From Eledone cirrhosa (lineage: Eukaryota), in contig OZ024741.1 of assembly GCA_964016885.1 (NCBI GenBank), forward strand, positions 119,660,001 to 119,724,000: a DNA stretch of 64,000 nt, read 5' to 3'. Made by a program: the position numbers and the translations under genes. This document shows positions 11,656 to 24,828 of this stretch, piece after piece (the stretch's first letter is position 1; the number at the start of each line of letters is the position of its first letter). The notes below the pieces were generated by a model. It worked only from the letters and a program-made list of their open reading frames with translations, was not told the DNA's origin and did no database searches.

Positions 11656-12095
11656 AAAATTAAAGTAAGTGAGTCTGTCACTACTCTAAAACAATAGCAT
11701 AAGGTCTTCAAAATGCTTTTAATTAAGCATACAGTGTATTGCAAAATACACTATATATACATTCATATATATATAGCTATTTCAGAGCACCAATTCTAAT
11801 TTTCAATTTCTGCTTGACCGGCAACCGCGCTGTATAATCAGTTCCTGATTATTTACTAGAATTCTATAAAAACCAAACATCCATGATTTCAGCAAACAGG
11901 AGGAGTAGTTGGCTTTGATAAGCATCAATAAATGCGAAACAAGGTCGTGTCAGCTTTATCTCCCCTTGTTTGCTGAAAATTAAAGTAAGTGAGTCTGTCA
12001 CTACTCTAAAACAATAGCATAAGGTCTTCGAAATGTTTTTAATTAAGCATACAGTGTATTGCAAAATACACTATATATACATTCATATATATATA
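11656..12095 (+). mobile_element. Retrozyme-like non-coding unit (320-bp period, 120-bp terminal direct repeats)
   Basis: 11656-11775 is repeated at 11976-12095; a hammerhead lies in the unique part; flanked by TA runs. Confidence 0.65.
11911..11955 (+). ncRNA. Type I hammerhead ribozyme, U3-A8 core variant
   Basis: ggct TTGATAA gcat-caataa-atgc GAAA ca-aggtcg-tg TC agct; enclosed by the stem tttcagcaaaca/tgtttgctgaaa. Confidence 0.8.
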
Positions 12096-12605
12096 TCATC
12101 ATCATCATCATCAACGTTTAACGTCCGTGTTCCACGCTTGCATGGGTTTGGACGGGGGTAGTCCCACTTGAGGCAAGAGTGATTGTCTTGCTCGCATAGG
12201 ACTGTCTGGCAGGTTTTCTACAGTTGGATGCCCTTCCTAACACCAACCACATTTACAGTGTGGGTCTGGGAGGTTTTTACCGTGTTGCCTACACGGCCAC
12301 ATTACAGCGTGGACTGTGTGTTTTTTTGTCGTGACACCTACACGATCTCATTTGTTTCGGCCTCGATGGCGCGGCACCAACATAACTTTACATAGAACGG
12401 GGTGGTGTGGATCGGGTGGGGGTGGTGGTGGTGGGACGGGGTGTATTTTGTTAGAGATGCCTACTGGCTGGAGTAGGTTTTACTATATATTTAGGTAAGG
12501 CGGGTCTTCTCTGTTACTGAGTACCGCCAAAGGTCTCGGTCCAGTGACATTGTCTTGGAGAGGTGTAAGTGTGTGATGTCGGAGTTTATCAGCTCGTCCC
12601 AGGTT
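12095..12605 (-). mobile_element. RTE 3' end, closely similar to 11100-11585, inverted
   Basis: Reverse-complement similarity; predicted peptides 11282-11494(-) and 12183-12395(+) are almost identical. Confidence 0.9.
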
Positions 12606-12643
12606 TTTATATATATATATGTATGTATATATACATATATGAA

Positions 12644-12674
<31 letters not shown>

Positions 12675-12679
12675 GTATG

Positions 12680-12778
<99 letters not shown>

Positions 12779-12785
12779 GTATATG

Positions 12786-12896
<111 letters not shown>

Positions 12897-12911
12897 GTAT
12901 ATATATATATA

Positions 12912-12953
<42 letters not shown>

Positions 12954-12957
12954 GATG

Positions 12958-13459
12958 TGTAGCAGGAGTTGCCTCCCTTGTGACACTCACAACCCCAATA
13001 GATTAACGTTCTTTAGACAGGAAGTAGAACCCTTTCTGTAACTTCCGGTCAGAACCCTATAAAACTAACAACTTTAAGTTCTCTCTCTCTTTTTCGCATT
13101 TTCGGGCAGGCGACTCCTGGCTTTGGCCAGGAGTCTTCACTCAGGAGTGTGTAACCCTGGCAACCAAGTGGTAACTAATAACTTTGTTTCATTCTCTCAT
13201 TTATTCATTGACATGTCAACTCTACTGTATAATATATCCACATATTGTTAATTAAATATTATACACACAAACCACGTCTCCTTGTTACATTCATACACAC
13301 TAGTATTTTGCTATAATTGGTGACCCGTTCCTTTTATAGGAGGTGACCGGAAGTGACCAACAGGGAGTCTGTCAATCCCAAAGGGAAGCAACTCCAGCTA
13401 CTTCCTGTCTAGAGAGCGGTGATGAGATTGTCATGACAAGGGAGGCAACTCTTGCTACA
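12958..13459. mobile_element. 502-bp TGT..ACA element with TIRs and a 4-bp TSD (Ginger-like MITE, or solo LTR)
   Basis: TIR tgtagcaggagttgcctcccttgt / acaagggaggcaactcttgctaca; GATG at 12954-12957 and 13460-13463; further inverted subterminal blocks. Confidence 0.8.
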
Positions 13460-13547
13460 GATGTATATATATGTATATATATATATGTATATATATGTAT
13501 ATATAGATGCATATATATATATGTATATATATATGTATATATATATG

Positions 13548-13578
<31 letters not shown>

Positions 13579-13603
13579 GTATATATATATGTATATATAT
13601 ATG

Positions 13604-13634
<31 letters not shown>

Positions 13635-13644
13635 GTGTATATAT

Positions 13645-13684
<40 letters not shown>

Positions 13685-13690
13685 GTATAC

Positions 13691-13740
<50 letters not shown>

Positions 13741-13797
13741 GTATACATATATATATATATGTATACATATATATATATATGTATATATATATATATC

Positions 13798-13830
<33 letters not shown>

Positions 13831-13903
13831 GTATATATATATATATCTATATATATATATATGTATATATATGTATATATGTATATATATGTATATATAT
13901 ATG

Positions 13904-13936
<33 letters not shown>

Positions 13937-13949
13937 GTATATATATATA

Positions 13950-14002
<53 letters not shown>

Positions 14003-14023
14003 TGTATATATATACATTATATG

Positions 14024-14102
<79 letters not shown>

Positions 14103-14121
14103 GTATACATAGATATATATG

Positions 14122-14178
<57 letters not shown>

Positions 14179-14187
14179 GTATATATG

Positions 14188-14422
<235 letters not shown>

Positions 14423-14432
14423 GTATATATAA

Positions 14433-14525
<93 letters not shown>

Positions 14526-14537
14526 TGTATATATATG

Positions 14538-14571
<34 letters not shown>

Positions 14572-14793
14572 TATATACATACATATATATATATGTATAA
14601 AATAATACAACTGGCTATCCGCAAAATACATATAGTTAGCACCCCAAACGTAAAATTGGGATTATACTAAGGTATATCCTAATGTTTGTTGAGTGAGATG
14701 GAAGCCAGTCAGAGTATAGCTTAAAGCTTTCTCTGTTAATGTATTAAATATATATATATATATATATGTATATATAGATATATATATATGTAT

Positions 14794-14826
<33 letters not shown>

Positions 14827-14827
<1 letters not shown>

Positions 14828-15400
14828 CATCATCATCATCATCAGGTTTAGCGTCCGTGTGCCACGCTTGCATGGGTTTGGACGGGGGTTTTCCCACTTG
14901 AGGCAAGAGTGGTTGTCTTGCTCGCATAGGACTGTCTGGCGGGTTTTCTACAGTTGGATGCCCTTCCTAACACCAACCACATTTACAGTGTGGGGCTGGG
15001 AGGTTTTTACCGTGTTGCCTACACGGCCACATTTACAGCGTGGACTGTGTGTTTTTTGTCGTGACACCTACACGATCTCATTTGTTTCGGCCTGGATGTT
15101 GTGGGACCAACATAACTGTACATTGAAAGGGGCGGTGTGGATGGGGTGGAGGTGGTGGAACGGGGGGGTGTTTTGATAGAGATGCCTACTGACTGTAGTA
15201 GGTTTTTACTTTGTATTTAGGTAAGGCGGGTCTTCTCTATTACTGAGTACTGCCAAAGGTCTCGGTCCAGTGACATTGTCTTGGAGAGGTGTAAGCGTGT
15301 GAGGTCGGAATTTATCAGCTCGTCCCATGTTTTTTTGGGTCTGCCTACTCCGTGGCTACCGTCTATCTTTATTGCCCTGCACTTTGTTATACAGCTGTCG
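14827..15400 (-). mobile_element. RTE 3' end
   Basis: (CAT)n tail and the same 3' UTR/ORF end as 12095-12605. Confidence 0.9.
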
Positions 15401-15401
15401 T

Positions 15402-15442
<41 letters not shown>

Positions 15443-15455
15443 ATATATATATGTG

Positions 15456-15520
<65 letters not shown>

Positions 15521-15537
15521 GTATATATATATATGTG

Positions 15538-15654
<117 letters not shown>

Positions 15655-15661
15655 GTATATG

Positions 15662-15737
<76 letters not shown>

Positions 15738-15835
15738 TGTATATTATATATGTATATATATGTATATGTATATATATGTATATGTATATATATGTATATG
15801 TATGTATATATTATATATGTATATATATATATGTA

Positions 15836-15884
<49 letters not shown>

Positions 15885-15893
15885 GTATATATG

Positions 15894-15966
<73 letters not shown>

Positions 15967-15967
15967 G

Positions 15968-16014
<47 letters not shown>

Positions 16015-16071
16015 ATATTTCTATATTTGTATATATATGTGTATATATAAATATGTTTATATATAAATATG

Positions 16072-16104
<33 letters not shown>

Positions 16105-16331
16105 GTAGATATATATCTATATATATAAATATGTATATATATGTATATATATGTATATATATATATGTATACATATGTAGATATATATCTATATATATAA
16201 ATATGTATATATATGTATATATATGTATATATATATATGTATATATATGTATATATATGTATATATATATATGTATACATATGTATATATATATATATGT
16301 ATACATATGTATATATATATATATGTATATG

Positions 16332-16382
<51 letters not shown>

Positions 16383-16401
16383 GTATATATGTATATATAT
16401 G

Positions 16402-16432
<31 letters not shown>

Positions 16433-16451
16433 GTATATATGTATATATATG

Positions 16452-16498
<47 letters not shown>

Positions 16499-16505
16499 GT
16501 ATATG

Positions 16506-16539
<34 letters not shown>

Positions 16540-16685
16540 TGGATTAGAATACTGGAGCGTGTTTGAGTCAAACACCCTCTTCGTATTATAAAAATGACAG
16601 TAAAAGGTATAGCTCAATGCAGTTAAACAGAGCCAAAAAATTAAGAGAGTAAAACAAAGAATCCTTTAATACATCAAAAGTTTTT

Positions 16686-16730
16686 ATTAGCCCACAATGT
16701 TTCGTCCTATTAAGGACTCATCAGGGCAAT
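16686..16730 (-). ncRNA. Minimal type I hammerhead in a PLE pseudo-LTR (GUG site)
   Basis: Minus strand reads attgcc CTGATGA gtcc-ttaata-ggac GAAA c-att-g TG ggctaat. Confidence 0.8.
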
Positions 16731-18614
16731 CAAAACAACAAGAGGTAATATCGGCAGATACAAGCCAGAAACTCTGAAGAATATGGAGTGTACATACACT
16801 AATGTCTTACAAAAATATATGATAATTAAAATGAAAATAAAGATAAAAATAATAAAAATATATAATAAGAATAACTAAGGATGTAGATAACATTAAGAAC
16901 CATATTACAAATATAGTCCAAAGCAACCAACCTAAATCTAAACAAATTTGGTTATATAGAGCAGGAATTATATATAACACAATATAATACATTATAATAA
17001 TAATATACTTTTACCAAAATTAAAATTCCAAATTTAAAAATCAAAAGGTACAATATATACATGTATATATGTGCGCGCACACACACACACACACACACAT
17101 ATAACAACCCACACATCTATGTTCGACTACACAAAAATTAAGCCCTGTTAGAAGTTTGAATATTAAAAATAAGCATGGTAAGAGTGAAAATAATACTAAT
17201 ACATCTACCCAATATACATGAGGCAATAATATGATATAATTACAAGAAACACATATAACAAATAATAAACAACAAAATTATATAATTCAATATAATATAA
17301 TAAAATAGATAATCCCCGGTTAATTTACAGAAACAATATAGATGTCACAATAAAATACAATGATAAAACGTTAACAGTGTATTAACATGTATCATAAACA
17401 ATATATACAAATTGATTCATACTGGGTTACAGAATAAATGAGGAAATATAAATTATATAATACTCAAAAAAACTATAATGGTACAGGGAAAAATTATGAT
17501 GTTACAGAAAAAATATGATGTTACAGAAAAAAATATATACAGACATCTAACATGATATGTAAAGTCTAAATATCATAATGTTACATATTACAATATTACA
17601 AAAATCCAGACATCTTACATGATATATAAAGTTTAAATATCATAATGTTACATATAATGAACAATAAGTAATAAGGATCAATATTACATATAATATAATA
17701 TAATATAATATAATATATTATAAAATTGGCATAAAATATATAAATACTTATAATTACAAGGTTAGTAGACAGACATATGTGGATCAGTGAGCGAAGCCAG
17801 ACAGTGAATAGTAAATAGAATATAGAATAAAACAAATAAATACAATCAACAGGAAATTACAAAACAAAAGCAAATGTATACACATTTAGGCCTCGCGTGC
17901 ATTTAAGAAATTAGGTAAACACTAAGGAAAGCAATCATTTTAATTGACTCCAAACCCTATTTGATAAATTAATATTAAAAATATCGAACCCGTCCAATAA
18001 GGTAGTATAATATTAGCTGTAGTTTAAGTCATTAAAGTATATAAACTTTAATGTATCGTTACAAATGTTTACAAAAAGGAATAAAATTATACTATCATAT
18101 ACGCAACGATATCTAAAAAACTGACTTAAGTAGAATTAAGGTAGGCTAATGGGGACAGAATTGACGAAATATATGGAGGGTACGAAGTGGCATAAAATAT
18201 ATTCGATATACTATAATAAATAATAGAACGGAGCATAAAAGAGGGGGGGGGGGGTTAAATATAATCATATTCAATCTGGAGGGGTTGACAATAAGTTTAT
18301 GTGCGCATGGGGGGAGGGGGGGTTGTCGATAGATAAATCAGAATAGACTTAGAAATAAAAATAGAATTAAAAATAAAATTAAAATTAAAATTAAAGTTAA
18401 TAATAATAAAAAATCAAGATAATAGAATAACGTAAGTGGCGTAAAGTGTGTAATCTTATGTATACTAACAAGGTGTAATAGTGAAGACATAGGTATGGTA
18501 CAGTAGCCAAATGATTATGAGAGCTAGAATGAAGAGTCATCAAAAACCAATGATAACATTAATGTTGGCAAACAAAAGAACCCAAACAAAAAACTAAGTA
18601 ATGGAATATATCTG

Positions 18615-20090
18615 CTAATGGGTACAATTTGTACTACTAGAACATTTGGGTTTATAATAAAAATAAGAATTAGAAATGGCATGGGGGCAAGAAGAGAATA
18701 TCTCAGACTTTCTATTCAGTAAGGGTACGCTAGAGAAAATAATAGAGTGTGTCTCAAGTATACAGAGATTACAAAACTTACTATGTGCAGAAAGGTGGTT
18801 AGATCGTGCTACTAAACTCCAGTTAAGGCTATATGGTATATAAGCTCCCTTAAGATCCCAGATATAATGCGCTAAAGAGGTAGAATTCTTAAACCTAACA
18901 TGTTTGAAGTTAGAGATATGAGAGTTAAACCTAGTCTTAAAAGTGTTTGAAGTAGATCCTATATACGTTCTTTTAGAGGAATTAGTTATAACCTCGCAAG
19001 CGTAGACAATGTTCTTAGAAAGGCAGTTACCGTTTAGAGGGCAGTTAGCACAAACTCTACAATTGCACTTCCGGGTGTTATTGGTTGGCTCGAGTGGTGA
19101 TGTATTACACGTAGGACCTCTATTAGATAAGGACTGTTCTGGTGGTAAAGCATTGTCCGATCCATTCAGACTAGTAGTATGTAGAGAGGAGAATCCATCC
19201 CTAATTTTCCTATTATTAGTGCTAGCTAAATGAGAACTAATATTAGGGGTGGTAGAGAATGAGAGTTTAATAACATTTTTATTAAAAATACCATGGTATT
19301 TGTGAGAAGGGGGGAAATTTATCTCTAAGATAGTGAAGAAAGACCTAGGGATATTAGTTGATACATCCTGATTATATGGCGGGTTGAAATAAGTATTTAA
19401 TCGCCTTCTATTTTTATTTTTATTCTTATCGACCCTACCTCTATCAAATGTCCCACCGTCGAGACTAGAGTTACTATCGGGAATAGTTGAAGCCACATTC
19501 ATAGAATCAGCCATAATTTCGTTATGCCTATTATAGTTTCTACCTCCAGTAGATCCGCTGTTGTCCGGAATCCCTACAAGAGGATTAAGGCCAATGATAG
19601 GATCAGTAGGAGCAACATTATTAGAATAAGATCCAGCCAAACCAACACTAATGCGTGAGCGCACAGGGGACTCGACTTGTCTCCTAGAGGTATTATATTT
19701 GCTATTACGAGTCCGGTGGGATAACTTATGGGTGGGTTCAGATACTCCTATATAAGTTCTACGGTTACTAAGTTTGCTACTCCCATTCATGGCCATGTTA
19801 TGTGATATAATGTTATTATTATTAAGAGTAAGCGGAGACTTTCTAAGGTTACTATTATTATAATTTATTTTACTAGAGTGACCTGAATTTGCTAGGGCAT
19901 TATTGTAGTACTCCGCATGTTCATTAAAAGTTCCTATGTCCTTAGATAGTGTGGAAATCCTATGAGAAACGCCCTTAATTATAGAGTTTATCATAGACTT
20001 AGGGTGGTTAGAGTTGGGGCTAACATAAGAAAGAATTTCATTAGGCTTATGGAAGGGTTTAAAACTATTAGTGGCCAAGTCCAAAGTCAC
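18615..20090 (-). CDS. PLE RT thumb + GIY-YIG endonuclease, partial
   Basis: SNHP, CNCR..CPL.G.C, IVY..YIG..FKTR..H, C.LC..E, LNRKSE..C.H. Confidence 0.85.
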   Translation of the reverse strand: MTLDLATNSFKPFHKPNEILSYVSPNSNHPKSMINSIIKGVSHRISTLSKDIGTFNEHAEYYNNALANSGHSSKINYNNSNLRKSPLTLNNNNIISHNMAMNGSSKLSNRRTYIGVSEPTHKLSHRTRNSKYNTSRRQVESPVRSRISVGLAGSYSNNVAPTDPIIGLNPLVGIPDNSGSTGGRNYNRHNEIMADSMNVASTIPDSNSSLDGGTFDRGRVDKNKNKNRRRLNTYFNPPYNQDVSTNIPRSFFTILEINFPPSHKYHGIFNKNVIKLSFSTTPNISSHLASTNNRKIRDGFSSLHTTSLNGSDNALPPEQSLSNRGPTCNTSPLEPTNNTRKCNCRVCANCPLNGNCLSKNIVYACEVITNSSKRTYIGSTSNTFKTRFNSHISNFKHVRFKNSTSLAHYIWDLKGAYIPYSLNWSLVARSNHLSAHSKFCNLCILETHSIIFSSVPLLNRKSEIFSSCPHAISNSYFYYKPKCSSSTNCTH

Positions 20091-20945
20091 ATCTAAAAAG
20101 TTAACCGCTCTATCATTTCTATCTATCGTGATTGAAAGGTTGTAGCTTTTAAAAAAACCTACAAAGCTTCTTCTTATTATGTTCTACATTGTTGGTACTA
20201 GAGTTAATTACAAACAATGCATCATCACGATATAGTCCGCCTCTAAGGTGCGGGAAGGTAGCGTATAGTTCATTAAGGAGGAACAACCCAACAAGATCAG
20301 TAACCTACGATAATAATAAGAATAGGAAGGACCCCAAGAATAGAACAAATTTTAATAACTACGGCTTCAAAACTTATAAGAGCCCACCACACAACATACT
20401 ATTAGATAGTTTCGAAGTTGACTTACTCTCTCTGGTCAAAAATGTTAGGTTTAGGCCAAATAATAGACATAGAAACAATAGTAATTTTGATAAATTCCAG
20501 TCCAGACTTAAAAATATTGTTAAGGGTTTCGGTGAGAATAAGTCCATTCTGGTCCCGGCAGATAAGACTAAGAATCTATACTCCATGGACTATAGTACAT
20601 ACCGCGATTTTATTTATAAAGAGTTATATAGAAACTATAAAAAAACTACGCTTGAGAATTTGAACCACATCAACAGTGAGGGCCTTAGAATAGTCTCTGA
20701 CCTCGGACTCGATAAGTATACCCAGTCATATTACCCTCGAGAACCGAGATTCACACTTAAGGACCATAAGGTTGATTTTATTAGTAACCCCTCAGTTAGA
20801 CTTATCTGTCCTTCTAAGTCGGATATAGCCATTATCAGTAAAATAATCCTTGACCTTATTATACCAGATGTTAGGGATAAGGTTAATTTTAACCTATGGG
20901 GGAACACTAGGGAAGTTATAGATTGGTTCTCTGGGATTAATAAAC

Positions 20946-22859
20946 TTGAATCTAATAATTGATATTGATGCCTACTACACATCAATTTCACCCATCCTCC
21001 TCAATAAAGCATTAATGTTGGCCATGAGAGTGTCCAGCCTTACACGATCGCAGGTAGATATTATACTAGCAGCCCGTAAAACTATTATTAAATTTGAGGA
21101 CATATTTTGGACCCGTAAAAACACGCCCAATAATTTCGACGTTACAATGGGTTCGAGTGATTCGGCCCAGGTTACTGATCTTGTTGGGTTGTTCCTCCTT
21201 AATGAACTATACGCTATCTTCCCGCACCTTAGAGGCGGACTATATCGTGATGATGCATTGTTTGTAATTAACTCTAGTACCAACAATGTAGAACATAATA
21301 AGAAGAAGCTTTGTAAGTTTTTTAAAAGCTACAACCTTTCAATCACGATAGATAGAAATGATAGAGCGGTTAACTTTTTAGATGTGACTTTGGACTTGGC
21401 CACTAATAGTTTTAAACCCTTCCATAAGCCTAATGAAATTCTTTCTTATGTTAGCCCCAACTCTAACCACCCTAAGTCTATGATAAACTCTATAATTAAG
21501 GGCGTTTCTCATAGGATTTCCACACTATCTAAGGACATAGGAACTTTTAATGAACATGCGGAGTACTACAATAATGCCCTAGCAAATTCAGGTCACTCTA
21601 GTAAAATAAATTATAATAATAGTAACCTTAGAAAGTCTCCGCTTACTCTTAATAATAATAACATTATATCACATAACATGGCCATGAATGGGAGTAGCAA
21701 ACTTAGTAACCGTAGAACTTATATAGGAGTATCTGAACCCACCCATAAGTTATCCCACCGGACTCGTAATAGCAAATATAATACCTCTAGGAGACAAGTC
21801 GAGTCCCCTGTGCGCTCACGCATTAGTGTTGGTTTGGCTGGATCTTATTCTAATAATGTTGCTCCTACTGATCCTATCACTGGCCTTAATCCTCTTGTAG
21901 GGATTCCGGACAACAGCGGATCTACTGGAGGTAGAAACTATAATAGGCATAACGAAATTATGGCTGATTCTATGAATGTGGCTTCAACTATTCCCGATAG
22001 TAACTCTAGTCTCGACGGTGGGACATTTGATAGAGGTAGGGTCGATAAGAATAAAAATAAAAATAGAAGGCGATTAAATACTTATTTCAACCCGCCATAT
22101 AATCAGGATGTATCAACTAATATCCCTAGGTCTTTCTTCACTATCTTAGAGATAAATTTCCCCCCTTCTCACAAATACCATGGTATTTTTAATAAAAATG
22201 TTATTAAACTCTCATTCTCTACCACCCCTAATATTAGTTCTCATTTAGCTAGCACTAATAATAGGAAAATTAGGGATGGATTCTCCTCTCTACATACTAC
22301 TAGTCTGAATGGATCGGACAATGCTTTACCACCAGAACAGTCCTTATCTAATAGAGGTCCTACGTGTAATACATCACCACTCGAGCCAACCAATAACACC
22401 CGGAAGTGCAATTGTAGAGTGAGTGCTAACTGCCCTCTAAACGGTAACTGCCTTTCTAAGAACATTGTCTACGCTTGCGAGGTTATAACTAATTCCTCTA
22501 AAAGAACGTATATAGGATCTACTTCAAACACTTTTAAGACTAGGTTTAACTCTCATATCTCTAACTTCAAACATGTTAGGTTTAAGAATTCTACCTCTTT
22601 AGCGCATTATATCTGGGATCTTAAGGGAGCTTATATACCATATAGCCTTAACTGGAGTTTAGTAGCACGATCTAACCACCTTTCTGCACATAGTAAGTTT
22701 TGTAATCTCTGTATACTTGAGACACACTCTATTATTTTCTCTAGCGTACCCTTACTGAATAGAAAGTCTGAGATATTCTCTTCTTGCCCCCATGCCATTT
22801 CTAATTCTTATTTTTATTATAAACCCAAATGTTCTAGTAGTACAAATTGTACCCATTAG
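20946..22859 (+). CDS. PLE reverse transcriptase-GIY-YIG (downstream of a frameshift)
   Basis: DIDAYY, FDVTMGS, GGLYRDD, NFLDV, SNHP, C-terminal Cys-rich GIY-YIG. Confidence 0.88.
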   Translation: MNLIIDIDAYYTSISPILLNKALMLAMRVSSLTRSQVDIILAARKTIIKFEDIFWTRKNTPNNFDVTMGSSDSAQVTDLVGLFLLNELYAIFPHLRGGLYRDDALFVINSSTNNVEHNKKKLCKFFKSYNLSITIDRNDRAVNFLDVTLDLATNSFKPFHKPNEILSYVSPNSNHPKSMINSIIKGVSHRISTLSKDIGTFNEHAEYYNNALANSGHSSKINYNNSNLRKSPLTLNNNNIISHNMAMNGSSKLSNRRTYIGVSEPTHKLSHRTRNSKYNTSRRQVESPVRSRISVGLAGSYSNNVAPTDPITGLNPLVGIPDNSGSTGGRNYNRHNEIMADSMNVASTIPDSNSSLDGGTFDRGRVDKNKNKNRRRLNTYFNPPYNQDVSTNIPRSFFTILEINFPPSHKYHGIFNKNVIKLSFSTTPNISSHLASTNNRKIRDGFSSLHTTSLNGSDNALPPEQSLSNRGPTCNTSPLEPTNNTRKCNCRVSANCPLNGNCLSKNIVYACEVITNSSKRTYIGSTSNTFKTRFNSHISNFKHVRFKNSTSLAHYIWDLKGAYIPYSLNWSLVARSNHLSAHSKFCNLCILETHSIIFSSVPLLNRKSEIFSSCPHAISNSYFYYKPKCSSSTNCTH

Positions 22860-24739
22860 CAGATATATTCCATTACTTAGTGTTTTGTTTGGGTTCTTTT
22901 GTTTGCCAACATTAATGTTATCATTGGTTTTTGATGACTCTTCATTCTAGCTCTCATAATCATTTGGCTACTGTACCATACCTATGTCTTCACTATTACA
23001 CCTTGTTAGTATACATAAGATTACACACTTTACGCCACTTACGTTATTCTATTATCTTGATTTTTTTATTATTATTAACTTTAATTTTAATTTTAATTTT
23101 ATTTTTAACTCTATTTTTATTTCTAAGTCTATTCTGATTTATCTATCGACAACCCCCCCTCCCCCCATGCGCACATAAACTTATTGTCAACCCCTCCAGA
23201 TTGAATATGATTATATTTAACCCCCCCTCTTTTATGCTCCGTTCTATTATTTATTATAGTATATCGAATATATTTTATGCCACTTCGTACCCTCCATATA
23301 TTTCGTCAATTCTGTCCCCATTAGCCTACCTTAATTCTACTTAAGTCAGTTTTTTAGATATCGTTGCGTATATGATAGTATAATTTTATTCCTTTTTGTA
23401 AACATTTGTAACGATACATTAAAGTTTATATACTTTAATGACTTAAACTACAGCTAATATTATACTACCTTATTGGACGGGTTCGATATTTTTAATATTA
23501 ATTTATCAAATAGGGTTTGGAGTCAATTAAAATGATTGCTTTCCTTAGTGTTTACCTAATTTCTTAAATGCACGCGAGGCCTAAATGTGTATACATTTGC
23601 TTTTGTTTTGTAATTTCCTGTTGATTGTATTTATTTGTTTTATTCTATATTCTATTTACTATTCACTGTCTGGCTTCGCTCACTGATCCACATATGTCTG
23701 TCTACTAACCTTGTAATTATAAGTATTTATATATTTTATGCCAATTTTATAATATATTATATTATATTATATTATATTATATGTAATATTGATCCTTATT
23801 ACTTATTGTTCATTATATGTAACATTATGATATTTAAACTTTATATATCATGTAAGATGTCTGGATTTTTGTAATATTGTAATATGTAACATTATGATAT
23901 TTAGACTTTACATATCATGTTAGATGTCTGTATATATTTTTTTCTGTAACATCATATTTTTTCTGTAACATCATAATTTTTCCCTGTACCATTATAGTTT
24001 TTTTGAGTATTATATAATTTATATTTCCTCATTTATTCTGTAACCCAGTATGAATCAATTTGTATATATTGTTTATGATACATGTTAATACACTGTTAAC
24101 GTTTTATCATTGTATTTTATTGTGACATCTATATTGTTTCTGTAAATTAACCGGGGATTATCTATTTTATTATATTATATTGAATTATATAATTTTGTTG
24201 TTTATTATTTGTTATATGTGTTTCTTGTAATTATATCATATTATTGCCTCATGTATATTGGGTAGATGTATTAGTATTATTTTCACTCTTACCATGCTTA
24301 TTTTTAATATTCAAACTTCTAACAGGGCTTAATTTTTGTGTAGTCGAACATAGATGTGTGGGTTGTTATATGTGTGTGTGTGTGTGTGTGTGTGCGCACA
24401 TATATACATGTATATATTGTACCTTTTGATTTTTAAATTTGGAATTTTAATGTTGGTAAAAGTATATTATTATTATAATGTATTATATTGAGTTATATAT
24501 AATTCCTGCTCTATATAACCAAATTTGTTTAGATTTAGGTTGGTTGCTTTGGACTATATTTGTAATATGGTTCTTAATGTTATCTACATCCTTAGTTATT
24601 CTTATTATATATTTTTATTATTTTTATCTTTATTTTCATTTTAATTATCATATATTTTTGTAAGACATTAGTGTATGTACACTCCATATTCTTCAGAGTT
24701 TCTGGCTTGTATCTGCCGATATTACCTCTTGTTGTTTTG

Positions 24740-24784
24740 ATTGCCATGATGAGTCCTTAATAGGACGAAACATTGTGGGCTAAT
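24740..24784 (+). ncRNA. Hammerhead copy with a C3-to-A core change
   Basis: attgcc ATGATGA gtcc-ttaata-ggac GAAA cattg TG ggctaat. Confidence 0.7.
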
Positions 24785-24828
24785 AAAAACTTTTGATGTA
24801 TTAAAGGATTCTTTGTTTTACTCTCTTA

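Larger units (their letters stand above)
16541..20306 (-). mobile_element. Penelope-like element (Naiad-like), inverted partial copy
   Basis: 16640-20306 is a near-identical reverse complement of 21169-24830; contains ORF 18615-20090 (RT thumb + GIY-YIG). Confidence 0.92.

Noticed and set aside
14598-14747. Unique island with a GAAA-stem and CTGA on the minus strand
   Set aside because: The core does not fit CUGANGA or UUGANAA and stems I/II are missing; left unassigned
20189-20962. 257-aa ORF as an independent gene
   Set aside because: Chimera of the antisense inverted arm (to 20306) and the truncated PLE RT N-half
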